The notes: generated by a model from the letters alone, not told the origin. A stretch of DNA of 64,000 nt from Limnothrix sp. BL-A-16 (GCA_041937175.2 CP166615.1:2368001-2432000), one strand, 5' to 3'; counted from the stretch's first letter, positions 28,659 to 38,162 are shown. Translations and numbers: made by a program.

Positions 28659-29465
28659 ATGGCGGTTGGAATGTGGCAAAAAGCAGGGCGATCGGGCGTT
28701 GCTCGACAACTTCGCGGCGTGTTGGGGATCGTGAGTAGCCCCTTGCTTGGCCTGCTGCTGGGGCTGCTGTTGTGGTGGGTGCTCACGTCCCCGCTGTTGC
28801 ATCCCGGCGCGATCGTGGGGGACTTTTCACCAGAAAAATCGCTCACCACCGTCCTGAAACTGCTGGGTGACGGCACTTTGGAACCCCACATTGGCGCAAG
28901 TTTACGGCGTGTCGTGATTGGCTTAGCCACCGCCGCCCTGATTGGGATTCCCGTTGGCATTGCCCTGGGGCTGTGGCGGCCCCTGGAGCAGGGCACGTCT
29001 ATTCTGTTCCAGTTTGTGCGGATGGTGTCGCCCCTGTCTTGGATGCCGCTGGCGGTGATGGCCTTCGGGATTGGGGATGCGCCCGTGTACTTTCTGCTCA
29101 CCGTGGCGGCGGTTTGGCCCGTGTTGCTGAATGCGGCGGCGGGAGTGCATAGCGTCGATCGGCGCTGGTTGTTGCTAGCCCGCAGCCTTTGTGCAACCCG
29201 TTGGGAGGTGATTGGCCGGGTCATTTTGCCCGCGATCGGGCCACATCTCCTGGTGGGGCTACGCCTCGCGGTCGGCGTGATTTGGATCGTGTTAGTGCCC
29301 GCCGAAATGTTAGGGGTTAGCTCAGGCTTGGGCTACTTCATTTTGGACACGCGCGATCGCTTGGCCTATAGCGAGTTGATGGCGGCCATTTTGACCATTG
29401 GCGCGATCGGCTATGGGCTGGATGCCGGGTTGCGATCGCTCAATCGCCTCACCCATTATTCCTAG
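28659..29465 (+). CDS. ABC transporter permease (TauC/SsuC-like)
   Basis: SLRRV, SPLSWMPLA, ARSLCA, WIVLVPAEMLG; multiple TM helices. Confidence 0.93.
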   Translation: MAVGMWQKAGRSGVARQLRGVLGIVSSPLLGLLLGLLLWWVLTSPLLHPGAIVGDFSPEKSLTTVLKLLGDGTLEPHIGASLRRVVIGLATAALIGIPVGIALGLWRPLEQGTSILFQFVRMVSPLSWMPLAVMAFGIGDAPVYFLLTVAAVWPVLLNAAAGVHSVDRRWLLLARSLCATRWEVIGRVILPAIGPHLLVGLRLAVGVIWIVLVPAEMLGVSSGLGYFILDTRDRLAYSELMAAILTIGAIGYGLDAGLRSLNRLTHYS

Positions 29466-29617
29466 TCCCTGTTGATAGAATTCAGTCAAGCCATAGTCAG
29501 TGAAACCACAAAGAAACTGTGATGTTTAGGCTGATTCTTTTTTGGACATTCTGAATAGCTAATTTCAGAAAAATTTTGAATGATTGCAACAAACCTCAAT
29601 CCTCAATTCTAAATATC

Positions 29618-29977
29618 ATGAGTATTCAAGAAATCATTTCAGGACAAGCAATTTCAGAAATCACACCCGAGACACTCGACCAATGGTTGAAGACTCAAAA
29701 AATCACCTTAATCGATGTGCGAGAATTTCAGGAATTTGAGACAGAGCATATTGCTGGCGCTGTTTTGCAACCCTTGAGTCAACTGAACGGGTTAGATTGG
29801 AGCGCTGAATTGGGAACGGTGGTGTTATATTGCCGCAGCGGCAGACGATCGGCTGAAGGAGGTCAACGACTCTTGCGCGATCGCAATCTACCGTTGGTGC
29901 ATCTGAGAGGAGGAATTTTAGCTTGGAAAGCAGCGGGTTATCCAACCGTCGTGAAGAATGAAAGCGATTCAATTTAG
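29618..29977 (+). CDS. Single-domain rhodanese (ORF open from 29576)
   Basis: LIDVRE..EF..EHIAGA, YCRSGRRS, LRGGILAW. Confidence 0.9.
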   Translation: MSIQEIISGQAISEITPETLDQWLKTQKITLIDVREFQEFETEHIAGAVLQPLSQLNGLDWSAELGTVVLYCRSGRRSAEGGQRLLRDRNLPLVHLRGGILAWKAAGYPTVVKNESDSI

Positions 29978-32237
29978 TTCTGCAAAGTCATTTAATTTTG
30001 GAGAGGCAAGTCACCAAAATCCTGAATGGGATGGTGAAGAATCTGAATTTGGCACTTCACTCAAAATTGGGGTGTTAGCCAACCGAGGATTAAAGATTGC
30101 TGAGTCCATGTGGCAACCAACGGCTGATTATTTATCGGCCGTTGTTTCTGGTCGCGAATTTACAATGGTTCCCCTCAGCTTTGATGATATTCATCAAGCC
30201 ATTGCCAGCCAATCCGTACAGTTTGCCATTGTTAATCCGGGGCTGTATGTGGAGTTTGAAACACAATTTGGCCTGAACCGAATTGCCACTTTGAAAACGC
30301 TGCAATTGGGAAAACCGGCAACGGAATTTGGCGGCGCAATTTTTAGTCGGCGCGATCGCCTGCCCATGACTCAGTTGTCGGATTTGAAGGGGCGATCGGT
30401 GGCGGCGGTGGCGGAAACCTCCCTGGGGGGATGGCGGATGGCGTGGCGGGAATTGGTCGAAGCGGCGATCGATCCCTATCGAGATTTTGCGGCGCTGGAG
30501 TTTTTGGGGAGCCACGATCGGGTGGTGGCCGCCGTGCAATCGGGCCAAGCAGAAGTGGGAATCGTTAGCACCCATGTTTTGGAACAGCTCGCGGGCACGG
30601 GGGCACTGGACTTAAGCACCATTCAAATTCTGCCGCCTCCGGCGATTGTGCCGTCGGAGTTGCCCTTTGCCCTCAGCACTCGGCTTTATCCGGAGTGGCC
30701 CTTTGCCGTTTTGCCCAGGGTTCCTCGGGCGATCGCGGAGGCGGTGACCATTGCGCTGTTGCAGATGCCCGCTGACGCGCCCGCGGCCCAAGCGGCTGGG
30801 GCGGCCGGTTGGACAATTCCCCTGAATTATCAGTCAGTGCATGAATGTTTCCAAGTGCTGCAAGTGCCACCCTATCGGGACTTTGGGCGCACCACGGCGA
30901 GCTTTGCCCTGGCGGTGAAGGGATCCCATGATGGTCTGTGGGATTGGATGGTGGAAACGGGCCGAACGCTGTTTTCTGATCGCTGGGCAGCTTTGTTGGG
31001 CTATCAACCCGCAGACATTCCGCCCCATGTTGATCAATGGTTCGATCGATTGCATCCCGACGATCGCGATCGATTCACTCAGGCCTTAAGCCAATTTTTT
31101 GCCAGCGATCGAACCCAATGGGAGTTGGAATATCGCCTGCGACATCGTGATGGTTCCTATCGCTGGGTGTTGTGCCGAGGAACCTTGCAACGGAACTATC
31201 AAGGGCGACCCTACCGCATGGCCGGTTCCCACACCGATATTACCAATCGTAAACAGGTGGAAGACCAGCTCCGAACGTCCAAAGTCCATTTACAAGAAAA
31301 GGCACAAACCCTGCAAGCCACCTTGCAAGAGTTGCAATCAACCCAACTCCAACTCATTCAGGCAGAAAAAATGTCGAGCCTCGGTCAGTTAGTGGCGGGA
31401 ATTGCCCATGAATTGAATAATCCTGTCAGTTTTATCTATGGCAATATGCGCTATCTCGAAGAGTATGCTTCGGAGCTGGTGAAGATTATTCAACTTCTAA
31501 AAAAACACCAAGAATCGCCTCATTTGCAAGAAGAAATCCTTGATCAACTCGATCTAGATTTTATTCAGACTGACTTACCCAAGCTGATTACCTCAATGAA
31601 GACTGGCACCGATCGCATTCGATCGCTAGCCCTGTCTCTGCGTAATTTTTCAAGGGTTGACGAAGCGGAGATGAAGGCAGTGGACTTACATGAGGGGTTG
31701 GAAAGTACGCTTTTGATTTTGCAGCATCGACTCTTACCCTCTTTAAAGGGCTTAGAGATTCAAATCGATCGCCAATATGGTGATTTGCCGCTGGTGGAGT
31801 GCTATCCCGGGCAAGTGAACCAGGTTTTTATGAACTTACTCAGCAACGCAATTGATGCCCTTGAAAGTCAGTTTCAGCCGTTGGCCTATGGGGTTTCCGA
31901 TCGCGAGGATTCTGTGAAACTCGTTCCCAAAATCACCATTCAAACGGTTGTGGAAGATCATGAGGTGGTGGTTAAAATTACCGATAACGGCACGGGCATT
32001 AACCCAGAGGTGCGATCGCGCATTTTTGACCCCTTTTTCACCACAAAGCCGATCGGTCAGGGCACTGGTTTAGGCCTCTCGATCGCCTATCAAATTGTGG
32101 TGGAGCAACACCATGGTCGGCTCAGTTGCCAGTCTGCACCGGGTCAAGGAACGGGTTTTGAAATTCGGCTGCCCCGACGCGCGGGCTTGACAATCACTTC
32201 TCAATTGCCCGCGCCGGAACTGGCGGAAGCGCTTTAG
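29958..32237 (+). CDS. Sensor histidine kinase: PhnD/SsuA-type binding domain + PAS/PAC + HisKA + HATPase, no TM helix
   Basis: KIGVLANRG..WQPTADYL, STRLYPEWPFA, GWTIPLNY; DGLWDW..LHPDD PAS; AGIAHELNNP, NLLSNAIDA, DNGTG, FFTTKPIGQGTGLGL. Confidence 0.9.
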   Translation: MKAIQFSSAKSFNFGEASHQNPEWDGEESEFGTSLKIGVLANRGLKIAESMWQPTADYLSAVVSGREFTMVPLSFDDIHQAIASQSVQFAIVNPGLYVEFETQFGLNRIATLKTLQLGKPATEFGGAIFSRRDRLPMTQLSDLKGRSVAAVAETSLGGWRMAWRELVEAAIDPYRDFAALEFLGSHDRVVAAVQSGQAEVGIVSTHVLEQLAGTGALDLSTIQILPPPAIVPSELPFALSTRLYPEWPFAVLPRVPRAIAEAVTIALLQMPADAPAAQAAGAAGWTIPLNYQSVHECFQVLQVPPYRDFGRTTASFALAVKGSHDGLWDWMVETGRTLFSDRWAALLGYQPADIPPHVDQWFDRLHPDDRDRFTQALSQFFASDRTQWELEYRLRHRDGSYRWVLCRGTLQRNYQGRPYRMAGSHTDITNRKQVEDQLRTSKVHLQEKAQTLQATLQELQSTQLQLIQAEKMSSLGQLVAGIAHELNNPVSFIYGNMRYLEEYASELVKIIQLLKKHQESPHLQEEILDQLDLDFIQTDLPKLITSMKTGTDRIRSLALSLRNFSRVDEAEMKAVDLHEGLESTLLILQHRLLPSLKGLEIQIDRQYGDLPLVECYPGQVNQVFMNLLSNAIDALESQFQPLAYGVSDREDSVKLVPKITIQTVVEDHEVVVKITDNGTGINPEVRSRIFDPFFTTKPIGQGTGLGLSIAYQIVVEQHHGRLSCQSAPGQGTGFEIRLPRRAGLTITSQLPAPELAEAL

Positions 32238-32379
32238 GATCTGTCGTCATTTCCTGGAATCCCGTGAAAACGGTTGATCTTCCATACCCTAATCAACCCA
32301 GACAAGGGGCTTAAGCCCCTTGCCCCCCACGATCTGCTAACGGCAGATCTAGGGTTTTGGGTGAAATGACGACAGGCCC
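32237..32379 (-). mobile_element. MITE family A copy 3 (143 bp, inverted), TA-flanked
   Basis: Ends ggatctgtcgtcattt / aaatgacgacaggccc; reverse complement of 7791-7932. Confidence 0.85.
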
Positions 32380-32452
32380 TAATCGCAGCCGAAATAACCA
32401 CCGATCGCCCGCAAATTTCGGGCAGGTTTCGGGTTGAATCGATCCTTTGGAA

Positions 32453-33001
32453 TTACAAATCCAAAAGACCCGGGGGAGGCACAATTTCCAGACGCTTGGT
32501 TATTAGGTCAACGATCGGGACAATTTCATCCACAAAGGGAATCAAAATCACCTGTTCGGAATCTGTAAGCTCCACCTGCAACAGATCCTGAGCAGCAGTC
32601 GCCAGACCCACCACTCGCCCGATCGGGGCCTGTTGCACCTGATCAAACACCTCCATTCCCATCAAGTCCATCAGGTGATATTCCCCCGCTTCCAAGGGAG
32701 GGCGGCTGTGGGCCGAAACTAGCAACTTAGCTCCCCGGAGGTTTTCGGCACTGGTGCGATCGACCACTTCCGCAAACCGCACCACATACAGATTTTGCTT
32801 ATTCAGATATCGGCCGCTCAACAGGCGCACCGGTTGGGGTTCGTCCCGCCCGAGCTTGGCCCCCGGCGGCAACAACCAGCGCTGGCCCGGCTCCATAAAT
32901 CGTTCTGGAAAATCGGAGTCGGGATAGACCCGCAGTTCCCCCCGCAGACCTTGGGGGGCAACAATTTTGCCCACTTCGAGCCAATCATCAGGGGTGCTCA
33001 T
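32453..33001 (-). CDS. rimM: Ribosome maturation factor RimM
   Basis: VGKIVAPQGLRGELRV, EYHLMDL.G, LIPFVDEIVP. Confidence 0.95.
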   Translation of the reverse strand: MSTPDDWLEVGKIVAPQGLRGELRVYPDSDFPERFMEPGQRWLLPPGAKLGRDEPQPVRLLSGRYLNKQNLYVVRFAEVVDRTSAENLRGAKLLVSAHSRPPLEAGEYHLMDLMGMEVFDQVQQAPIGRVVGLATAAQDLLQVELTDSEQVILIPFVDEIVPIVDLITKRLEIVPPPGLLDL

Positions 33002-34089
33002 GGATGTAAAGAGGAGGTAGAGGTCAAGGAAGGGGATGAACTATTGCCGGTGGCTTGGCCGGTGGTCTGATCGGTGGTCTGATCGGTTGGCTGGCTGCCT
33101 GACTGGCTGCCTAAGGGGCTGTCTGAATGGTTGTTGGGATGACTATGGGCATGGCCGTTAGTTTGGCCATTGCTGTCGATCGGTTGGGCGGGCGGGGTCA
33201 CGGGTTCCAAACCAGCCATCTGCAAAATTTCGGGAATTAAGTCCTCGCGGCGCACCGCCATCATATGGACTCCCTGACAAATTTGGCGGGCCATGGCCAC
33301 CTGTTCAGCGGCGATCGCCATGCCCTCGCGCAAGGGGTCTTGGGCCCGAGCCAGGCGATCGATCAAATGCTGCGGAATTTCCACACCTGGCACATTGCGG
33401 TTGATAAATTCCGCATTTTTCGCTGATTTCAGCAGAAAGATCCCCGCCAAAATTGGCTTTCCGCAACCGGCAGCCACCTGGGTCATGAACTGATCCAAGC
33501 GATCGAAGTCGGAGATCAATTGGCTTTGGAAAAATTGGGCCCCGGCAGCTAATTTGCGCTGAAAACGCCGCTGCACTCCCGACCAGCTCTTGCATTGGGG
33601 ATCCACCGCCGCTCCGACGAACAGATCCGTTCCGCTATTTTCCAAGGGGCGATCGGCCGCATCTTGCCCTTGGTTCAGTCGCTTCACCGCTTCCAACAGG
33701 CGCACCGCTTCCCAGTCAAAGACGCTGCGGGCTTCGGGAAAGTCACCGGCCTTCACCGGGTCACCCGTGAGGGCCAGCACGTTCTGAATCCCCAGGGCAT
33801 GGGCCCCCATCAAGTCCGCTTGGAGGGCAATTCGGTTGCGATCGCGACAGGCCACTTGCCACACGGGTTCAATGCCTCGTTGCAACAGCAAGCTCGCGGC
33901 CGCCAACGAAGACATCCGCAACACAGCCCGGCTGCCGTCGGTGATGTTCACCGCATGAACCCAAGGTTGCAACTGCTCGGCCATGGCCACCATGTGGCTG
34001 GCATCGCTGCCCTTCGGTGGCATCACCTCGGCGGTCACCAGAAAAGTGCCAGCGCTGGCAGCAGTACGAAAACGCGATAACACGGGCAT
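32998..34089 (-). CDS. metF: Methylenetetrahydrofolate reductase with low-complexity C-terminal tail
   Basis: EVMPPKG, NITDGSRA, CRDRNRIALQ, ALTGDP, GAQFFQSQ, GVHMM. Confidence 0.88.
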   Translation of the reverse strand: MPVLSRFRTAASAGTFLVTAEVMPPKGSDASHMVAMAEQLQPWVHAVNITDGSRAVLRMSSLAAASLLLQRGIEPVWQVACRDRNRIALQADLMGAHALGIQNVLALTGDPVKAGDFPEARSVFDWEAVRLLEAVKRLNQGQDAADRPLENSGTDLFVGAAVDPQCKSWSGVQRRFQRKLAAGAQFFQSQLISDFDRLDQFMTQVAAGCGKPILAGIFLLKSAKNAEFINRNVPGVEIPQHLIDRLARAQDPLREGMAIAAEQVAMARQICQGVHMMAVRREDLIPEILQMAGLEPVTPPAQPIDSNGQTNGHAHSHPNNHSDSPLGSQSGSQPTDQTTDQTTGQATGNSSSPSLTSTSSLHP

Positions 34090-34337
34090 TGACTAACGGC
34101 GCAAGAGACAGGGATTGCGCAGGCATAGATCGACATTCTACCCGGAAGTTTTCCCCCACAAATCTTCCCTTTGGCGAGGGATTTGGCAAGCTAGTCTAAT
34201 TTTTGGGCCCGATCGCCCGCTGTTTCCCTGCCTTGGGCGATCGGCCTTGTGTTGGGGCCGGCCCCTTGGCACAATGAAGCCCGTGGATTGCCCACAGATT
34301 CCGGCCATTGCCCCCGCTGCGGAAGCCAGCCTCCTCC

Positions 34338-35006
34338 TTGGGTATCGAACTCCGAAGCTACGTTTATCTCGATCGCCTGCAACCCCAACATGCGGCCTAC
34401 ATTGGCACAGTGGCGATCGGCTTCTTGCCGCTCCCGGGGGACAGTTCCCTTTGGATTGAAGTATCGCCTGGGATTGAAATCAACCGCATCACCGATGTGG
34501 CCCTCAAGGCCACCTCCGTGCGGCCCGGCGTGCAGTTTGTGGAGCGGTTATATGGCCTGTTAGAAATTCACTCCAGCCGCCAAGGGGAAACCCTGACAGC
34601 GGGCCGGGCCATTTTGCAGGCCCTGGGGGTGCGGGAGAGCGATCGCCTGAAGCCCCGTGTCATCTCCAGCCAAATTATCCGCAATATTGATCCTCACCAG
34701 GCGCAATTAATTAACCGCACCAGCCGAGGCAACATGCTGCTGGCGGGTCAAACCCTCTATGTTTTTGAGGTGGAACCGGCGGCCTATGCGGCCCTGGCCG
34801 CCAACGAGGCGGAAAAGGCCGCGTTGATCAATATTCTGCACATCACGGCGGTGGGCAGCTTTGGGCGGATGTACCTCGGTGGCGAAGAGCGAGATATTTT
34901 GGCGGCGGTGGCAGCGGTCGAGGATGCGATCGCCCATGTTTCTGGACGCGATCGGGATGATGGCAACGATGGCCGCACCCCGATGCTCCTGACCCGAAAG
35001 GAGTAG
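34338..35006 (+). CDS. ccmP: Beta-carboxysome tandem-BMC shell protein CcmP (TTG start at 34338 preferred)
   Basis: [57 protein letters not shown]. Confidence 0.9.
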   Translation: MGIELRSYVYLDRLQPQHAAYIGTVAIGFLPLPGDSSLWIEVSPGIEINRITDVALKATSVRPGVQFVERLYGLLEIHSSRQGETLTAGRAILQALGVRESDRLKPRVISSQIIRNIDPHQAQLINRTSRGNMLLAGQTLYVFEVEPAAYAALAANEAEKAALINILHITAVGSFGRMYLGGEERDILAAVAAVEDAIAHVSGRDRDDGNDGRTPMLLTRKE

Positions 35007-35015
35007 CAATCGATC

Positions 35016-35780
35016 GTGGCAGACGCAGTGGATCTCATGTATTTGGCCCGATCGCCCCGACAGTGGGCCGATTGGCGAGCGCAACAGGGCGATCGACCCG
35101 CCGACTTGCGCGGTGCAGATCTGAGCGGTTGGAGTTTGCCCCAATGGGACTTGGCCGGGGCCCAACTTCAGCAAGCCATTCTCGATCGCGCCGACTTGCA
35201 AGGGGCCAACGGTTCCCATCTGCAAGGCCTCGGTTTACGGGCGATCGGGATGCGGGGCTTAGGAATTCGGTTGCGCCACAGCCAAGCCATTGCGGCCAAC
35301 TTCCACCAAGCCGACCTTCGCCAAGCCGACTTGCGCGATGTGAGTTGGGCCGGAGTGAACCTGACCGAAGCCGATCTGCGGGGAGCCAACCTCAGTCGCG
35401 GACAACTGGCGCGATCGACCTGGGCCTTCACCCGTGCCCAAGGGGCAATTTTGCAAGGGGCCCTGCTCGATCAATCCCTAGTCTTGGGGGCAGAATTTGG
35501 GCAACTGCAAGCCCATGGCCTCCAGGCCCGAGAATTACGGGGCGATCGCTCCCACTGGGCCGCCGCCCAACTGGCCGAAGCCGACCTATCCGGAGCCAGC
35601 CTCGTTGGTGCAGACTTCGCCTGGGCTAATCTCAGCGATGCCAACCTGCAAGGGGCCGACCTGCGCGGGGCCAACTTGCACGGGGCGAACCTCTGTCGCG
35701 CCGACCTACGCGGAGCCTCACTAACCGATGCCGATTGGAGCCTCAGCATCACCCTAGACACCCTGTGGCCAACAACCTAG
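35016..35780 (+). CDS. Pentapeptide repeat protein
   Basis: Many A(D/N)Lxx repeats. Confidence 0.9.
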   Translation: MADAVDLMYLARSPRQWADWRAQQGDRPADLRGADLSGWSLPQWDLAGAQLQQAILDRADLQGANGSHLQGLGLRAIGMRGLGIRLRHSQAIAANFHQADLRQADLRDVSWAGVNLTEADLRGANLSRGQLARSTWAFTRAQGAILQGALLDQSLVLGAEFGQLQAHGLQARELRGDRSHWAAAQLAEADLSGASLVGADFAWANLSDANLQGADLRGANLHGANLCRADLRGASLTDADWSLSITLDTLWPTT

Positions 35781-35840
35781 CCTGATATTTCCTCCACAAA
35801 ATCTCCAATTTTTGGGATCTCCAGTTTTTTGGATCCACTA

Positions 35841-36110
35841 GACCTCTTGCACGAATTAACCCCCTCTGATCAAGATGGGCTGATTAACGATCATCTCGTA
35901 GGTTGGGTTGAGGTACGAAACCCAACAACAGCAAGGCTTGCAGTGATTGAGTTGGGTTTCGCAAAGCTCAACCCAACCTACGGAATAACCCAGTGTTTGA
36001 GTGTTTTCTCAGTCAATCAGGGATCTGGGAGCGGGATTTGGGATGAGGTGCTTGATTGAGGCAAGAGATCTATTGACTCGACCTAGGAATCGTGATGGAT
36101 GCAAGAGGTC
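35841..36110. mobile_element. MITE family C, TA-flanked, with a second internal right end
   Basis: TA|GACCTCTTGCA (35841) and TGCAAGAGGTC|TA (36100-36110); extra GCAAGAGATC|TA at 36061-36070. Confidence 0.75.
35898..35981. repeat. REPIN-like inverted REP doublet
   Basis: gtaggttgggttgaggtacgaaacccaac and its inverted partner gttgggtttcgcaaagctcaacccaacctac. Confidence 0.85.
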
Positions 36111-36264
36111 TAATGAAAACTCTGAATAGAGCATCAGTTAGGAATCATTTTTTGATGTATAGCAACACTTTTAGCAATACTTTCCTTTTTACCTTGGCAT
36201 TCACAGAGCGGGTTCTTATAAATGAATGAATGGTTGAAGGGATGTTAAACCGTTCATTATTTTT

Positions 36265-37866
36265 ATGCCCACATTCTCTCTCAGTGACTCTGCTCTAGCA
36301 CCCGCTTCTCTCCCCGCTGCTAATGAATCCTCCCGTTGCAGTTGTCGGGCCTGTCGATCGGCCCGGGGCGGCGGCAGCACCAACGGCAGCACCGCTACCA
36401 TCCGTCCCCTAGCGGCCGGCAGCGGTTCGCCCGTAGTAGACACCATCATTGCCAGCACTGACTCAGGCGCTCCCGACAAATGGCCCGTGGGCCCCGGTGG
36501 CACCATCACCTACAGCTTCATTTCTCCTGCCACCGTTAACACCTATAACGCGAGTCAGGATGAAACCAACATTCAAGAGGTCGAAGAGTCCGTTAAGAAC
36601 AACGTGCGGGCCATCTTTCGCCACTACAGCGAAATTGTGCCGCTGAATTTTGTGGAAGTGGCGGACTCCGCAGACAGCAAGGTACGGATCGTCTACTCCC
36701 AGGGGCCCGGGCCGGAAGGCAATGCTTACGCCTACTATCCCAGCAATCCCGATCGGGGCGGCGTGGTTCACCTTCAGCCCGCAAACAACAGCGACCCGAG
36801 CACGGCCTTTACCGCCGGCCCCGGCAGCTATGGCTATTCGACGCTAATCCATGAAATTGGTCACGCTTTGGGCCTGAAGCACCCCGGTAACTACAACGCC
36901 ACCGCCAACCAGGATCCTGGCCAACCCGCAGAAAACGCGGGTGAAGAACCGTTTCTCGATTCGGCTCGCGATAACATCGTGAACACGATCATGAGCTATA
37001 ACGGCGACGCACAACAGGACAAGGGATTTGCGGATCCTTCAACCCTGATGGCGTTGGATATTGCCGCTTTGCAGTTCATGTATGGCACCAATCGCGGTTC
37101 ACGGGCAGAAAACACCACCTATCGCCTGGATTCCAGTAATCTACGCACGGTGCAAGCGATTTGGGATGGTGGGGGCAATGACACGGTGGACGCATCGGCT
37201 CTCCCGGCGGGCGATTATCTATTTGATCTGATCGATAATGGCCGCTTGACGGAGCGGGCTGCCTTGGGCGCACGCATCTACAAGGGCAAAAACGAACCGG
37301 ACGGCCCCGACTACCAAGACATGGGCTACGGCTGGGTAGTTGGGATTGGGGCCAATCTGGAAAACGTGGTTGGCACCGTTGGGACTGATGAAATTTTGGG
37401 CAATGCCTTGCCGAATGTCTTACAAGGGGGCGCGGGCAATGACCAAATTTCCGGGCGGATTGGCCCCGATACCCTTGATGGCGGGGCGGGCAATGACCTG
37501 CTGCGGGGTGGTTTTGGGTTTGATGTGTTGATTGGTGGCCCTGGTGACGACATCCTTTCGGGCGATCGGGGACGGGATCAACTGACCGGTGGCGATGGAG
37601 CCGATATCTTCGTGTTGCGGACGAGCACCCCTGCACCCACGCCGGAAGTGACGGATATTCTGACGGACTTCACCCCAGGGGTCGATCGCATCGGTCTGAC
37701 GGATGGATTCTCCCCCTCGGCCGTGGCCTATGCGCCCTTTTCGCTCAATGGTCAGGCTGGAACCATGATGAGTATTGCGGGCAGCAGCAATGCTTTCTTA
37801 GCCTTTGTGCCCGGCGTGGGGGCTGATGCGATCGGGGCGGCCCTGATTGCCTCGCCGGTTCCCTAA
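36265..37866 (+). CDS. M10 (serralysin-like) zinc metallopeptidase with RTX Ca-binding repeats
   Basis: HEIGHALGLKH, Met-turn TIMSY, DIAALQFMYG, GGxGxD nonapeptides. Confidence 0.92.
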   Translation: MPTFSLSDSALAPASLPAANESSRCSCRACRSARGGGSTNGSTATIRPLAAGSGSPVVDTIIASTDSGAPDKWPVGPGGTITYSFISPATVNTYNASQDETNIQEVEESVKNNVRAIFRHYSEIVPLNFVEVADSADSKVRIVYSQGPGPEGNAYAYYPSNPDRGGVVHLQPANNSDPSTAFTAGPGSYGYSTLIHEIGHALGLKHPGNYNATANQDPGQPAENAGEEPFLDSARDNIVNTIMSYNGDAQQDKGFADPSTLMALDIAALQFMYGTNRGSRAENTTYRLDSSNLRTVQAIWDGGGNDTVDASALPAGDYLFDLIDNGRLTERAALGARIYKGKNEPDGPDYQDMGYGWVVGIGANLENVVGTVGTDEILGNALPNVLQGGAGNDQISGRIGPDTLDGGAGNDLLRGGFGFDVLIGGPGDDILSGDRGRDQLTGGDGADIFVLRTSTPAPTPEVTDILTDFTPGVDRIGLTDGFSPSAVAYAPFSLNGQAGTMMSIAGSSNAFLAFVPGVGADAIGAALIASPVP

Positions 37867-38127
37867 GCGCGATCGATCGGGATCATTGGCTCACAGATGC
37901 CTGAGTCGATCGCGGGTCGATCGGGCGCGGGAGCTGCCCGCTTTGAAATTTTGCCCGGAATTTAACCCCTAATGTCTAACCAGATTCGATCGGCTGAAAG
38001 GGTTATTTTGCGGGCATAGGACAGCCGAAATAACAAGACCAAGATTTCCAATTAAGGATTGCAAACAACTGGCATCCGTCTTTGGGCGATCGTCGTCTGC
38101 TATGTTAAATGCGACAATTCAGCGACG

Positions 38128-38162
38128 CGTCCCAAGCCTGAGCGGTGCGGGACGTTTTTTTT
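38128..38162 (+). terminator. Rho-independent terminator-like hairpin with T8
   Basis: cgtccc..gggacg followed by tttttttt. Confidence 0.55.

Noticed and set aside
26150..29465. Calling the ABC system nrtABCD, cmpABCD or ssuABC
   Set aside because: The fold is related, but gene order, SBP motifs (PFWYSIHN, HACC) and the lack of an NrtC-type fusion or ssuD/E do not support a specific symbol
34338..35006. Novel bacterial microcompartment locus
   Set aside because: A lone ccmP at a satellite locus is normal for beta-cyanobacteria; no other shell or core genes are adjacent
35829..36059. 76-aa ORF
   Set aside because: Translates MITE/REP sequence and is unlikely to be a real gene
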